A DNA stretch of 64,000 bases, taken from the sequence record NC_028894.1; one strand, given 5' to 3'. The translations under genes were made by a program, and so were the position numbers. Below are positions 42,297 to 53,397 of this stretch, piece after piece. The notes under the pieces are model-generated. The model had not been told where the DNA came from, searched no databases, and was given only the letters and a program-made list of their open reading frames with translations. This DNA comes from Escherichia phage vB_EcoM_VR20. Position 1 is the first letter of the stretch. Each line of letters opens with the position of its first letter.

Positions 42297-43475
42297 TTAT
42301 AGATATTTACGGAAACCAGCAAGAACGTTCTCATCGACGTCATTGTCAATCTGGGCTACCAGGTAAGCGGACAACTCAACTTCTTGTGGTGCTGATTGCA
42401 CATTATCAGAGTTAAGATATTCGCGAATCCATGGAATCGGGTGCTTAGTAGATTCTAACACGATTTCACACGGGAGTCCACATTGCTTCATACGAGAAAC
42501 CGTCAGGTAATCGATGAACCGGTTAAGAATCTCGACGCTCAGCCCAGGGAGTCCACCATCTTTAAACAGATGCACGGCCCATTCTTTTTCCTGACGATTA
42601 ACTTCCATGAAAATGGCTGCGGCTTCTGCTTCGCATTCGTGAGCGATTTTAACCCATTCGTCACCGTCAACACCAGTCTGCAGTTGACGAAGAATATATT
42701 GGGTCCCCTTAAGGTGGAGCTGTTCATCACGGGCGATGAACTTCATTATCTTCGCATTGCCTTCCATGATTTCCATGTTCTTATGGAAGTTGAAAGTACA
42801 AGCAAAAGATACATAAAAACGAATGGCTTCCAGGGCGTTAATAACATGCAGGCAGAGATAAAGAGACTTCATTAATGCTCGTTTGGCGATAGCTTCTTGT
42901 TTGATAGCACGTTCCAAACGTTCGTCCGCTTCGGGAGTTTCTTTGGCCAGTTCAACAAAAGCAATCTGGTTTTGCCATTGACGAGTTTTATTCAGAACAT
43001 CATCATAGTAATGACCGATGGATTCAGCTCGCTTCATGATTGCATCATCCAACAGGATTTCGTCGAATACCTTCGCCGGGTCCGTGTAGAGATTTCGCAT
43101 GATGTGCGTATAAGAACGAGAGTGAATTGTCTCACTGAATGTCCAGGTCTGAATCCATGTATCAAGACTCGGGTCAGAAACTAATGCGGCTAATGCTGCA
43201 GCTGGAGCACGACCCTGGATACTATCCAGAAGTGATTGGTATTTCAGGTTGTTGGTAAAAATATTTTGTTGATGTTCAGGAAGCTTATTAAATTGGGCTC
43301 CATCCATCATCAGGTTGACTTCCTCGGGTCGCCAGAAAAAACTCAACTGCTTTTCTGTTAATTCTTCGAAAACTTTATGACGCTGGATATCATAACGGGC
43401 GATGCCCAATCCTGAACCGAAGAACATTGGCTCGGCTAAAACATCCACCGGAGTGGTATTAAAAACTGTACTCAT
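42297..43475 (-). CDS. nrdB: ribonucleotide reductase small subunit, uninterrupted
   Basis: 392 aa continuous ORF; no intron. Confidence 0.95.
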   Translation of the reverse strand: MSTVFNTTPVDVLAEPMFFGSGLGIARYDIQRHKVFEELTEKQLSFFWRPEEVNLMMDGAQFNKLPEHQQNIFTNNLKYQSLLDSIQGRAPAAALAALVSDPSLDTWIQTWTFSETIHSRSYTHIMRNLYTDPAKVFDEILLDDAIMKRAESIGHYYDDVLNKTRQWQNQIAFVELAKETPEADERLERAIKQEAIAKRALMKSLYLCLHVINALEAIRFYVSFACTFNFHKNMEIMEGNAKIMKFIARDEQLHLKGTQYILRQLQTGVDGDEWVKIAHECEAEAAAIFMEVNRQEKEWAVHLFKDGGLPGLSVEILNRFIDYLTVSRMKQCGLPCEIVLESTKHPIPWIREYLNSDNVQSAPQEVELSAYLVAQIDNDVDENVLAGFRKYL

Positions 43476-43513
43476 TTTATTTCCTCAATAGCTCATCCAT
43501 GAGCATAATTATA

Positions 43514-45769
43514 TCAAAGTTTACAGGCGGAGCAGTCTTCTGCTTTAGGAGCTTCGATTTCGTAATCGTCTGTACCGGAACCATCTCTAGTGTTATGATA
43601 ATAAAGGTTTTTTCCACCAAAATACCAGAAGTACATCAAGTCGTCAAGCATAACTGACATCGGAACTTTTCCTTTCGGATAATTCTGCGGGTCATAATAC
43701 GTATTCGCCGATGCTGACTGACAAATCCATTTCAACATAATCGCGACTTGGGTCAGATAAGGTTTGTTACCCTGCTTAGCTAACACCCATGCGTAATCGT
43801 ACAATCCTTTATTGTGCTCAATATTGGGCACGACTTGATTAAAGGAACCCTCTTTTGACTCTTTAATAGAGACTGGTCCACGCGGAGGTTCGATACCGTT
43901 TGTACTGTTAGAAACTTGGGAAGATGACTCACAAGGCATAAGTGCTGATAATGTGCTATTACGGATGCCATGTTCAACCAGGTCTTCCCGCAACTGCGCC
44001 CAGTCACAAACGTAGTTTGGAGCTGCGATTTGGTCAATCTTTTTATTGTACCAGTCGATAGGTAATTCGCCTCGAGCCCAACGAGTGTCTGAATAATATT
44101 CGCAAGGTCCTTTTTCTTTGGCGAGCTTGATTGATGCTCGGATAAGGCCATATTGTAATCTCTCGAACAGTTCATGCGTTAAATCGTTTGCATCAGCGTA
44201 GGAAGCGAAATTGCTTGCCAGCCATGCAGCATAGTTAGTAACCCCAACACCCAGGTTGCGGCGTTTTTTGGCTTTCAGAGCTTCTTTAACCGGATAACCC
44301 TGATAGTCCAACAGGTTGTCAAGAGCACGAACTTGAACTTCGGCTAGCTCGTTAATCTTATCTTGGTCCTGCCAGTCAAAACTATCCAGAACAAATGCAG
44401 ACAATGTGCACAATCCGATTTCAGCATCTTCGCTGTTTACATCAGTGGTCGGGATTGCAATTTCGCAGCAAAGGTTCGATTGACGAATCGGAGCCTTGTC
44501 ACGGATGAACGGAGTGTAGTCATTCACGTTGTCAACGAACTGTGGATAAACCCTGGCTGTCCCGGAACGTTCGGTCATGAATAATTCAAATACATCTTTT
44601 GCTTTGATACGTTTCTTACGAACTGTCGGGTCTTTTTCTAAGGCTTCATATAACTCACGGAATTTATCCGGGTTATCAAAATATGAATAATACAATTCAC
44701 CGCCAGCTTCGTGTGGACTAAACAGAGTGATGTAATCATTCTTGGCCAGTCGTTCCATCATCAGGTTATTCAACTGGACACCATAGTCCATATGCCTGAT
44801 ACGGTTTTCTTCAACGCCTTTGTTGTTCTTCAGAACGAGTAAATTTTCAACTTCCAAATGCCAAATAGGATAATAAGCAGTAGCAGCGCCGCCACGGATT
44901 CCACCTTGTGAACATGATTTAACAGCCGTTTGGAAATGTTTCCAGAACGGAATAACACCAGTATGCTTGACTTCACCCATACCGATTTTCGAACCTTCAG
45001 CACGAATCATGCCAACGTTGATACCGATACCTGCACGCTTACTGATATATTCGATGATTGAATTAGCAGTCTTATTGATTGACTTCAGGGAGTCAGCCGC
45101 TTCGATAACCACGCAGGAACTGAACTGTCTTGTAGGTGTTCTGGCGCCCGCCATGATAGGTGTGGGCAACGAAACCTGTCGTGTAGATACTGCATCATAA
45201 AAACGGCAAACGTGCTTCAGACGGTCCGTTGGTTCATCCTGGTGCAGTGCCATGCCGATAGCCATGATAGCGAATTGCGGAGTCTCGTAAATTTTACCGG
45301 TGGTTTTATCTTTAACCAGGTATTTCTCTTTCAACTGCATCGCGCCTGCATAAGTCAGGTCAAAATCACGTTCGTGCTTGATACGAGATTCCAGATAAGT
45401 AATCTCTTCGGCAGAATAACTTGACAACAGTTCCGGGTCGTATTTGCCTTCATTGACACAATAAGAAATCTGGTCAATAAAAGAACGCGGTTCGAACTGG
45501 CCATAAACATCTTTACGCAGAGCAAACATCGTAGCCTTCGCTGCAACGTATTGGTAATCTGGTTCTTCAACCGAGATAAGCCCAGCAGACACTTTGATGA
45601 TAACCGTCTGAATATCGCGAGTAGTCATACCATCGCGCAGATGTGGTTTGATTGTTTCGTATAATTCATACGGGTCGATATTGGTTCCTTCACATGACCA
45701 GGAAAGAACTTTAATAATTTTCTGGCCATCAAAATCTTGAGATACGCCACTACTTTTTTGTACTTGCAT
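43514..45769 (-). CDS. nrdA: ribonucleotide reductase large subunit
   Basis: 751 aa; synteny. Confidence 0.95.
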   Translation of the reverse strand: MQVQKSSGVSQDFDGQKIIKVLSWSCEGTNIDPYELYETIKPHLRDGMTTRDIQTVIIKVSAGLISVEEPDYQYVAAKATMFALRKDVYGQFEPRSFIDQISYCVNEGKYDPELLSSYSAEEITYLESRIKHERDFDLTYAGAMQLKEKYLVKDKTTGKIYETPQFAIMAIGMALHQDEPTDRLKHVCRFYDAVSTRQVSLPTPIMAGARTPTRQFSSCVVIEAADSLKSINKTANSIIEYISKRAGIGINVGMIRAEGSKIGMGEVKHTGVIPFWKHFQTAVKSCSQGGIRGGAATAYYPIWHLEVENLLVLKNNKGVEENRIRHMDYGVQLNNLMMERLAKNDYITLFSPHEAGGELYYSYFDNPDKFRELYEALEKDPTVRKKRIKAKDVFELFMTERSGTARVYPQFVDNVNDYTPFIRDKAPIRQSNLCCEIAIPTTDVNSEDAEIGLCTLSAFVLDSFDWQDQDKINELAEVQVRALDNLLDYQGYPVKEALKAKKRRNLGVGVTNYAAWLASNFASYADANDLTHELFERLQYGLIRASIKLAKEKGPCEYYSDTRWARGELPIDWYNKKIDQIAAPNYVCDWAQLREDLVEHGIRNSTLSALMPCESSSQVSNSTNGIEPPRGPVSIKESKEGSFNQVVPNIEHNKGLYDYAWVLAKQGNKPYLTQVAIMLKWICQSASANTYYDPQNYPKGKVPMSVMLDDLMYFWYFGGKNLYYHNTRDGSGTDDYEIEAPKAEDCSACKL

Positions 45770-45789
45770 GTTTTCCTCTGTTATAAAAT

Positions 45790-45820
45790 GGGGTCATGCT
45801 TATACTAACACATGACCCCT
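45790..45820 (-). promoter_or_regulatory. 9-bp perfect hairpin GGGGTCATG-N12-CATGACCCC in the nrdA leader
   Basis: Seen directly; the nrdA GAGGAAAAC ribosome-binding site follows. Confidence 0.45.
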
Positions 45821-45835
45821 GGAGCGGAATCGTAT

Positions 45836-46135
45836 TTATGCGCCCAAATCCTCGAGCGAAAAGGTGTCTTTGAAAAGTTTGTTAACAACCAGAGCGATGA
45901 TATCCCCATGACATGACTTTGGTTTGCATGTACAAGCTAATCGCATTCCGCGAAGGGTTTCAAGGTGTTCTCTTTTGATTTCACCCGATTTAATCTTTGA
46001 TATGAAATATTCTTTAAAGTTCTTTATGTTTTCTTCTCGGGTACCATCTTTATATGGGTTTCCCCACATGGTACCCCGTTGAATATTCACATCAAAGTCG
46101 GATTGATATTTGTTAACAACCCGACAGGCTTTCAT
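45836..46135 (-). CDS. hypothetical protein, 99 aa (nrdA.1 position)
   Basis: ORF and synteny. Confidence 0.6.
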   Translation of the reverse strand: MKACRVVNKYQSDFDVNIQRGTMWGNPYKDGTREENIKNFKEYFISKIKSGEIKREHLETLRGMRLACTCKPKSCHGDIIALVVNKLFKDTFSLEDLGA

Positions 46136-46197
46136 AGTAGGAAGTTAAGCCCGACCATTATGGCCAGAAATAAAATACCGGCAATTTGAATTTTCAT
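46132..46197 (-). CDS. candidate 21-aa hydrophobic micropeptide MKIQIAGILFLAIMVGLNFLL
   Basis: Hand-translated; ATG overlaps upstream stop (TAATG) and stop overlaps downstream start (ATGA); GAGG 5 nt upstream. Confidence 0.4.
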   Translation of the reverse strand: MKIQIAGILFLAIMVGLNFLL

Positions 46198-46393
46198 TAT
46201 ACCTCGACAATAAACCAGATAGACCGATTGAAATCATCATATTCATACGATTTAATCACACGCATAACATAAAGTTCTTTACCCTGGACAAAAATCGTTG
46301 TTTTCTCTTTAGGCAGTTCATCGAGACTTATATTCATTTTTTCAAACAGCACCTCATTGGTGCCGTATCTATTGTTTACTATACGAATATTCA

Positions 46394-46394
<1 letters not shown>
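46197..46394 (-). CDS. hypothetical protein, 65 aa
   Basis: ORF coupled to td. Confidence 0.55.
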
Positions 46395-48052
<1,658 letters not shown>

Positions 48053-48056
<4 letters not shown>

Positions 48057-48394
48057 TTTAATTCCTTAACTGCCTTTTTGATGGCAGTAAAATCTTTGCG
48101 AATATCAAGAACCAATTTGTAAAGATGTTTAATTGTATCTGTATCAAAATATGATACCACACAACGAGAATTGCGAATATCTTCTAATGAATACTTGCTT
48201 TCACTTGTGCCATATCCAATGATACCACTAATGCACTTGTCATTAAGCGTATATTTCTGTGGACCATCAATAATATTTTTAGGATAGATGTAAAGACTCC
48301 AATCAAATTTTTGTTCAAGCGTATTAACCTTAACTTCAAGAATCAGTTCAGGATGTGCATCATCTTTAGCAAAACAAGTGTATTCAGTAAGCAT
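48053..48394 (-). CDS. hypothetical protein, 113 aa
   Basis: Start MLTEYT after GAGGAAAATATA; upstream track residues overlap the preceding gene. Confidence 0.55.
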
Positions 48395-48404
48395 TATATT
48401 TTCC

Positions 48405-48644
48405 TCACGCTTTCTTAGCGACTTTCCAGTCAGCTTTAAATTGGTCAACGTCAGAGTGATGAATCCAGAAACCAGATGAGCTACCATCTTCATAAAGAGG
48501 ACAACCATCACACTCATCTTTCCAACCCATTGCACACAAAGTTTCTTCAGCTTTTTCTAGAGCTTCTGGATTGTTACCCTGGATTGTGAAATACCATTTG
48601 CCTTTAACTTCTGAATCTTTGATGCTCTCACGTTGTAATTTCAT
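48405..48644 (-). CDS. hypothetical protein, 79 aa
   Basis: ORF with GGAG and early promoter upstream. Confidence 0.6.
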   Translation of the reverse strand: MKLQRESIKDSEVKGKWYFTIQGNNPEALEKAEETLCAMGWKDECDGCPLYEDGSSSGFWIHHSDVDQFKADWKVAKKA

Positions 48645-48684
48645 TTTATTCTCCAGTGTTTTAGTTGTTAACTCAGTATGGGAC

Positions 48685-48715
48685 CATTATGTCATAGCCC
48701 CATTTGGTTGTACAC
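48685..48715 (-). promoter_or_regulatory. early promoter GTGTAC-N18-CATAAT with leader CCATACTGAGTTAAC
   Basis: Near-duplicate of the cassette at 33027..33057. Confidence 0.55.
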
Positions 48716-48721
48716 TACTTT

Positions 48722-48976
48722 TTAAATTTTATCAAGCCATTTTCCAAGTTTAGTCATTTCCTTGGTGGCCTTTTCCATACTTCTGAACTTAACTAATAAA
48801 GGATGAACATCCATACCCATCACCAGATTGGTTGCAAGACTATGTTCACCAACAAGCCATAATGAGTATGTTTGAACATCCAAACCATAATTTCTGTCTT
48901 TATGCAAACGCACACCCATCACTTCAAATTGCTCACTCGCCTTTTCTACTGCATCCAGGAAATCATCTTTAGTCAT
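48722..48976 (-). CDS. hypothetical protein, 84 aa
   Basis: Start MTKDD preceded by GAGGT. Confidence 0.55.
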   Translation of the reverse strand: MTKDDFLDAVEKASEQFEVMGVRLHKDRNYGLDVQTYSLWLVGEHSLATNLVMGMDVHPLLVKFRSMEKATKEMTKLGKWLDKI

Positions 48977-48977
48977 A

Positions 48978-49346
48978 TTAGACCTCAAAAGTTGCTTTAA
49001 TCAGTGCAATGACTTCTGCGGCATTTTTGTGATTGACTTGCACATGAATGGTTTGGGTATCAACATCAGGAGCATCACTATCAACTTCCAGGAAGTGACA
49101 GAATTCCCATTCAGCGAGTTCAAAGTACTCATCAGCGTCACACATACTATTCAGGATGGTACCATCTTTCATTTCAACTTTTTCAACAAAATAATCACCT
49201 TCAATATAACACATATCCAGGATTTTGAAGGAATTGCCGTGTTGTTCCATCAACTTGACCATGCACGAATTATCATCAGGACTACCAGCGATGAATTGTT
49301 TTTTAGCAGCAGGGTCTAATACGTAAAATTTACCAGTTTCCATCAT
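48978..49346 (-). CDS. hypothetical protein, 122 aa, small-protein paralog family
   Basis: Start MMETGKFY preceded by GAGGAA; homologous to the 49695..50058 gene. Confidence 0.6.
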   Translation of the reverse strand: MMETGKFYVLDPAAKKQFIAGSPDDNSCMVKLMEQHGNSFKILDMCYIEGDYFVEKVEMKDGTILNSMCDADEYFELAEWEFCHFLEVDSDAPDVDTQTIHVQVNHKNAAEVIALIKATFEV

Positions 49347-49377
49347 TTTAATTTCCTCATTTTTGTTGAGGGAACAT

Positions 49378-49405
49378 ATTATCATGTTCCCGTTGGTTTG
49401 TATAC
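49378..49405 (-). promoter_or_regulatory. early promoter with -10 GATAAT in the loop of hairpin GGGAACAT...ATGTTCCC
   Basis: 8-bp perfect inverted repeat around the -10. Confidence 0.45.
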
Positions 49406-49632
49406 TAAGCTTGAATCAAGCCCATATAAAATTCAGCGTCTTCCGGGTGCATCCCTTCGCAATATTCATTTTGCATAAAGCGAGTAAGGTCTTCAAGAGG
49501 ACCTTGAACTTCAATTTGAATACTAAAGAATTGGGTATCTTTAATGTAAGTCATACACAAAGAAGGATACCGATTACGAATAACTTCGTAAGTGTATTCA
49601 AAATCAACGATATCAATATTAACCTTAGCCAT
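49405..49632 (-). CDS. hypothetical protein, 75 aa
   Basis: ORF with GAGGAAAATAAA and early promoter upstream. Confidence 0.6.
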   Translation of the reverse strand: MAKVNIDIVDFEYTYEVIRNRYPSLCMTYIKDTQFFSIQIEVQGPLEDLTRFMQNEYCEGMHPEDAEFYMGLIQA

Positions 49633-49661
49633 TTTATTTTCCTCATGTAGTTGATAGGTCT

Positions 49662-49692
49662 ATAATAACATAATCATAGACCCGTTGTAAAC
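49662..49692 (-). promoter_or_regulatory. early promoter (GTTTAC, -10 inside palindrome GGTCTAT...ATAGACC)
   Basis: Seen on the minus strand upstream of 49405..49632. Confidence 0.45.
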
Positions 49693-49694
49693 TG

Positions 49695-50058
49695 CTATTT
49701 GAAGGCTTTTTGTAGAAGTTCAATGATTTGGTCGACGTTATTAGCATCTACAACACAATTAATAGAAACCGCCCCTGAAGGTGTTTTTGTATAACTGGAG
49801 TATTCACGGAAGCAATAAAACTCTTCTTCACTAAGTTCAAAATAATCATCACCCATACCATCATCATTATAGATTGCACCATTAGCACAAATTATTTCGG
49901 TTACATAATCATAGCCGTCTGCACTTGATATTGATTTAACTTCAAAACCAATCACCATTTTCTTGGATGATGTCGACCATACTAGCATTCGATGAACTAA
50001 TATCAATGAAAGATTTAATACGATGTGGATTGAACTCATATTTTTTGCCAATTTCCAT
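49695..50058 (-). CDS. hypothetical early protein, paralog of 48978..49346, reading frame broken by +1 at a UUU-UGA site
   Basis: ATG with GAGGAAATAAAA at 50058 opens a 38-codon frame ending in TGA; the homologous remainder is the track ORF 49695..50051 in the +1 frame. Confidence 0.45.
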
Positions 50059-50093
50059 TTTTATTTCCTCAGTGGTTATCAGTAGTTGATGGA

Positions 50094-50135
50094 ATCATTA
50101 TGCACCGGGTCAAGGGACTTGTACACTACTTTTTG
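50094..50135 (-). promoter_or_regulatory. early promoter GTGTAC-N18-CATAAT
   Basis: Minus-strand motif upstream of the 50058 ATG. Confidence 0.5.
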
Positions 50136-50146
50136 AAAATAAAAAA

Positions 50147-50165
50147 GGGACCCGAAGGTCCCCTT
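50147..50165 (-). terminator. terminator hairpin GGGACC-CGAA-GGTCCC
   Basis: Directly downstream of gene 32. Confidence 0.65.
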
Positions 50166-50168
50166 ATA

Positions 50169-51080
50169 TTAAAGGCCAGCCAGAAGGTCGTCAAGACCAT
50201 CATCAGAAGGCTCTGGAGTGCTTGGAGCAGTCGCAGTGCGTTCAGACTTAGCAGGTTTGCTGGAAGTGAAGTCTTCCATATCTTTATCAAAATCGTCCAG
50301 GTCAGCGCCCAGTTTATCGGCTTGCGCAGCAGCTTTAGAAGCAGCACCACCGAGAGCAGCTGTACCCATTACTTTAGCGAATTTCTTCTGATTCTCTTCA
50401 AGAGATTTAAATACCAGCAATTCATTCAGGTCAGACATTTCGTCCCAAAGTTTTTTCTGGAATGCTTCATCATTGATGCCAGCGATTTCAGACTGGTTCA
50501 TGAATTTGGAATCATCGTAGTTTTTATAGCCGGAAACCATTTTAGATTTCAGTACGAAGTTCGCACCTTCAAAAGGACAGGTTACATCAATAGCTGTTTC
50601 GCCCATGTCAACATCGACTTCAACCATCTGGTTGATTTTGTCCATGATTTTCTTACCAAAGCGATATTTGAATACTTGGCCTTCGTTAGACGGAACAGCA
50701 GGGTCTTTAATGACCAGGATGTTAGCCCAGTAAGAAGTATTACGCTTCAGTTTACGATATTCGGATTCGTTTGTATTGTACAGGTCATTCTTATTCATGT
50801 ACGCACACACAGGGCAGTTTTCATAATCGCCGTGAGTAGAAGTACAGTTTTCAATATACCATTGACCAGCATTTTTAAAGCCGTGGTTAACGAGCTTGAT
50901 GAATGGAGATGGATTTTCTTCATTCTTAGAAGGCAGGAAACGAATAACCGCAGAGCCGACGCCATCAGTATCTTTCAGTTTCCATTCTTTTTTATCGTCA
51001 GAAGAGAAACCAGCACCACCTTTCAGTGCATTAAGGGAAGCAGCCAGGTCAGCAGGGTTTTTACGTTTAAACATAGACAT
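50169..51080 (-). CDS. 32: single-stranded DNA-binding protein
   Basis: 303 aa; N-terminus MSMFKRK and body match T4 gp32. Confidence 0.95.
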   Translation of the reverse strand: MSMFKRKNPADLAASLNALKGGAGFSSDDKKEWKLKDTDGVGSAVIRFLPSKNEENPSPFIKLVNHGFKNAGQWYIENCTSTHGDYENCPVCAYMNKNDLYNTNESEYRKLKRNTSYWANILVIKDPAVPSNEGQVFKYRFGKKIMDKINQMVEVDVDMGETAIDVTCPFEGANFVLKSKMVSGYKNYDDSKFMNQSEIAGINDEAFQKKLWDEMSDLNELLVFKSLEENQKKFAKVMGTAALGGAASKAAAQADKLGADLDDFDKDMEDFTSSKPAKSERTATAPSTPEPSDDGLDDLLAGL

Positions 51081-51140
51081 ATGATTTTCCTTAGATTATT
51101 TGATTTTTAGCAGTTGTTTTGATTACGTATTAATTATACT
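51081..51140 (-). promoter_or_regulatory. gene 32 mRNA leader, likely translational operator
   Basis: AT-rich 60-nt leader before gene 32; T4 gp32 autoregulates through its leader. Confidence 0.4.
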
Positions 51141-51809
51141 TCAAAGTGATTGAAGCGTTATTTGACAGTTTTTAACGGTCTCGATGAACAATTTACGAGC
51201 TTCAAGAGAATCTATATTTAAGATTTTCTTATAGGCATTTAGTTTGGTCGAATACTTTTCCCAAACCAAGTCGTTAGTCTGTTCATCATGTTTATTTATA
51301 ATACCTAAAAATGAATCAAGCAAACAAAACGTTTCAAATGAGATAACATTCGATTGGAGAAGTTTGAAAATATAACTTGTATTCACTTTAGTATTATACT
51401 CGAAAATCTCTTGGAGCGATTTGACTTCGACTTTCTTACTGAAGTAATAGATGTTCTTTATATCATCTTCGTATACTTGTCTAATTCTTTTAAGTCTGCC
51501 AATGTATTCTCTATAAAATATCAGAGCATCGGCATCACTTATATCGCCTATCCATGCATCCTGGTTTGCAACCAGGTTTGACATGAATATTAACGTTAAT
51601 TCTTTGAGAGTGTACTTATCGCTAAGCTTTTCGAAAAAATACTTATCGCGACGTTTTTGATAAGCACTATCGGAGATTCGCATGGTCCAGTTATATTTGA
51701 TAATATCATAACGACCCGAAAAATGCTGTTTGATGGATAAGTACAGTTGGTATACTGATTTACCATTTATATATCGGTTGTTATTTGGAGGCATGCGAAT
51801 CGTAATCAT
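51141..51809 (-). CDS. 59: helicase loader
   Basis: 222 aa; start MITIRMP; overlaps the gene 33 stop. Confidence 0.9.
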   Translation of the reverse strand: MITIRMPPNNNRYINGKSVYQLYLSIKQHFSGRYDIIKYNWTMRISDSAYQKRRDKYFFEKLSDKYTLKELTLIFMSNLVANQDAWIGDISDADALIFYREYIGRLKRIRQVYEDDIKNIYYFSKKVEVKSLQEIFEYNTKVNTSYIFKLLQSNVISFETFCLLDSFLGIINKHDEQTNDLVWEKYSTKLNAYKKILNIDSLEARKLFIETVKNCQITLQSL

Positions 51810-52099
51810 AACAAAAAGTCCAGCGTATTAGTTTTCTGTGTACGAGACATACTCGGACGAAGCAGGTTATCATCATATGCTTCATTCATAATCTTATCGA
51901 TGATTCCCGCAGGGATATATCGAGCAAAATTGCCTTCAGGGATTCCACGTTCTTCCAACCAGGCAGTCGCAGCTTCCAGATAAGACATTTCAGTTGACTC
52001 AACCATGGCTTCAATATCAAGCCCGTTTTGCTGCTTACTAATCGCCCCGGAAGGCGATTCAGTTTTCTGTGTATCGAAATTAACTAAAGAGGACATCAT
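51806..52099 (-). CDS. 33: late transcription accessory protein
   Basis: Start MMSSLV preceded by GGAG, 97 aa; the longer track ORF overlaps dsbA. Confidence 0.7.
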   Translation of the reverse strand: MMSSLVNFDTQKTESPSGAISKQQNGLDIEAMVESTEMSYLEAATAWLEERGIPEGNFARYIPAGIIDKIMNEAYDDNLLRPSMSRTQKTNTLDFLL

Positions 52100-52349
52100 A
52101 GAGCTCCACAGCTTCGGTTTTTTCATCTTCAAAACGTTCACGAGTGCCTTTATGATACAAGCCGAGCTGTGTATTGAACATCTTACCGTCAACGCCTAAT
52201 TCAGTTTTTGCCTTATCTTTAAGGTCTTTAATTTCGTCTGCATATGCTTCCATTTTTAATTTGGTATCGGAAGCAGCTTTAATCAGCTTGGCCAGTTCAG
52301 CGCCATGAGTATCAGGGCAAAATTCAACTTTCACTTTTTTCTCTTTCAT
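52080..52349 (-). CDS. dsbA: double-stranded DNA-binding protein
   Basis: 89 aa as in T4 DsbA; position between rnh and 33. Confidence 0.8.
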   Translation of the reverse strand: MKEKKVKVEFCPDTHGAELAKLIKAASDTKLKMEAYADEIKDLKDKAKTELGVDGKMFNTQLGLYHKGTRERFEDEKTEAVELYDVLFS

Positions 52350-52357
52350 AATATACC

Positions 52358-53302
52358 TTAATAAAATTCAGCAATATTTGCAGTTAGTTTAGACAGACCA
52401 GACTTAACAAAGTAAGGATAAACTTTACTTTTGGCTGGGATAACGTAGTTATTATATCGTTCTAAGATTGAAGCGGATATTTCCGTTGGGATAAAGTCCA
52501 TATCAATCAACAATTGGTTTTCACAGAATCTATTATATTGCTCTTCTGTTAAAAGCGTTTTCAAAACGTCATGGTCGTAATAGTTGAGTGCAATTTGTTC
52601 AAGCTCAGCTGCGCGGGTTGGCGGAGTACGTTCACCTTCTTCATGAGTGTAATAAAAATCACCACGAACCTTGATGCTCGACACGTTATCTTTTTTGTCG
52701 CCTTTAACAACCTTTGTCACGCAATCCATAAGGGCATCGCCTGATTTAGTTTTGACATATTTTTTCTGCATCGGGGACCATTGTTTCACCCCAGGGAATT
52801 TATGCAACTGCGTAAAGTCACCATCCGAAGAAACAATCATAACCGGATGTCCGAGACCAGTGAGCAACTTCGTTAATACTGCAATATGGTCATCAGCCTC
52901 AACTTTATCCATATTCATCACGATGTAAGGCATATGTTTTTCCATTTCATCGATAATGATGTGCATAGCAGCATGTAGACCTTCCCAATCGAATTGAGAC
53001 TCTTCACGAGCTTTCGCTCGGTTTTTCTTATAATAATAAGATTTCGTCCGGCGCCAATAACCATTCTTCGAGTTATCAACACAAATAATTGGAATCGTAT
53101 AACCGAGCTTCTTGAACTGCACAATATTTTTTCTGATGGAGTTCAGAACCAGGTGACGGGTCATTGCGGTTGTTACCTTTGGATAACCAGCGTCTTTGCC
53201 GAATTCCTGGAAGGCTGCAGCCATGATGAGCTGACTAAAATCGAGTAACTGAAAACCATCTTTTTGACGGTCTTCTTCAGGGAGTAAAAAATCTAAATTC
53301 AT
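52358..53302 (-). CDS. rnh: RNase H (5'-3' exonuclease)
   Basis: 314 aa; T4 RNase H-like. Confidence 0.9.
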   Translation of the reverse strand: MNLDFLLPEEDRQKDGFQLLDFSQLIMAAAFQEFGKDAGYPKVTTAMTRHLVLNSIRKNIVQFKKLGYTIPIICVDNSKNGYWRRTKSYYYKKNRAKAREESQFDWEGLHAAMHIIIDEMEKHMPYIVMNMDKVEADDHIAVLTKLLTGLGHPVMIVSSDGDFTQLHKFPGVKQWSPMQKKYVKTKSGDALMDCVTKVVKGDKKDNVSSIKVRGDFYYTHEEGERTPPTRAAELEQIALNYYDHDVLKTLLTEEQYNRFCENQLLIDMDFIPTEISASILERYNNYVIPAKSKVYPYFVKSGLSKLTANIAEFY

Positions 53303-53359
53303 ATGAACCTCTGTTCAATTAGTTGACTCGATTATATTAGCATAAAATTTTTAAAGCAA

Positions 53360-53367
53360 TATAAATA
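53360..53367 (+). promoter_or_regulatory. late promoter TATAAATA upstream of gene 34
   Basis: Exact box about 30 nt before the gene 34 ATG. Confidence 0.7.
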
Positions 53368-53397
53368 CACGTATACCAATCAATAAGGATAAAGCAC

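Noticed and set aside
50100-51110. 336-aa plus-strand ORF opposite gene 32
   Set aside because: Antisense to the clearly identified gene 32; low-complexity translation; no late promoter or ribosome-binding site.
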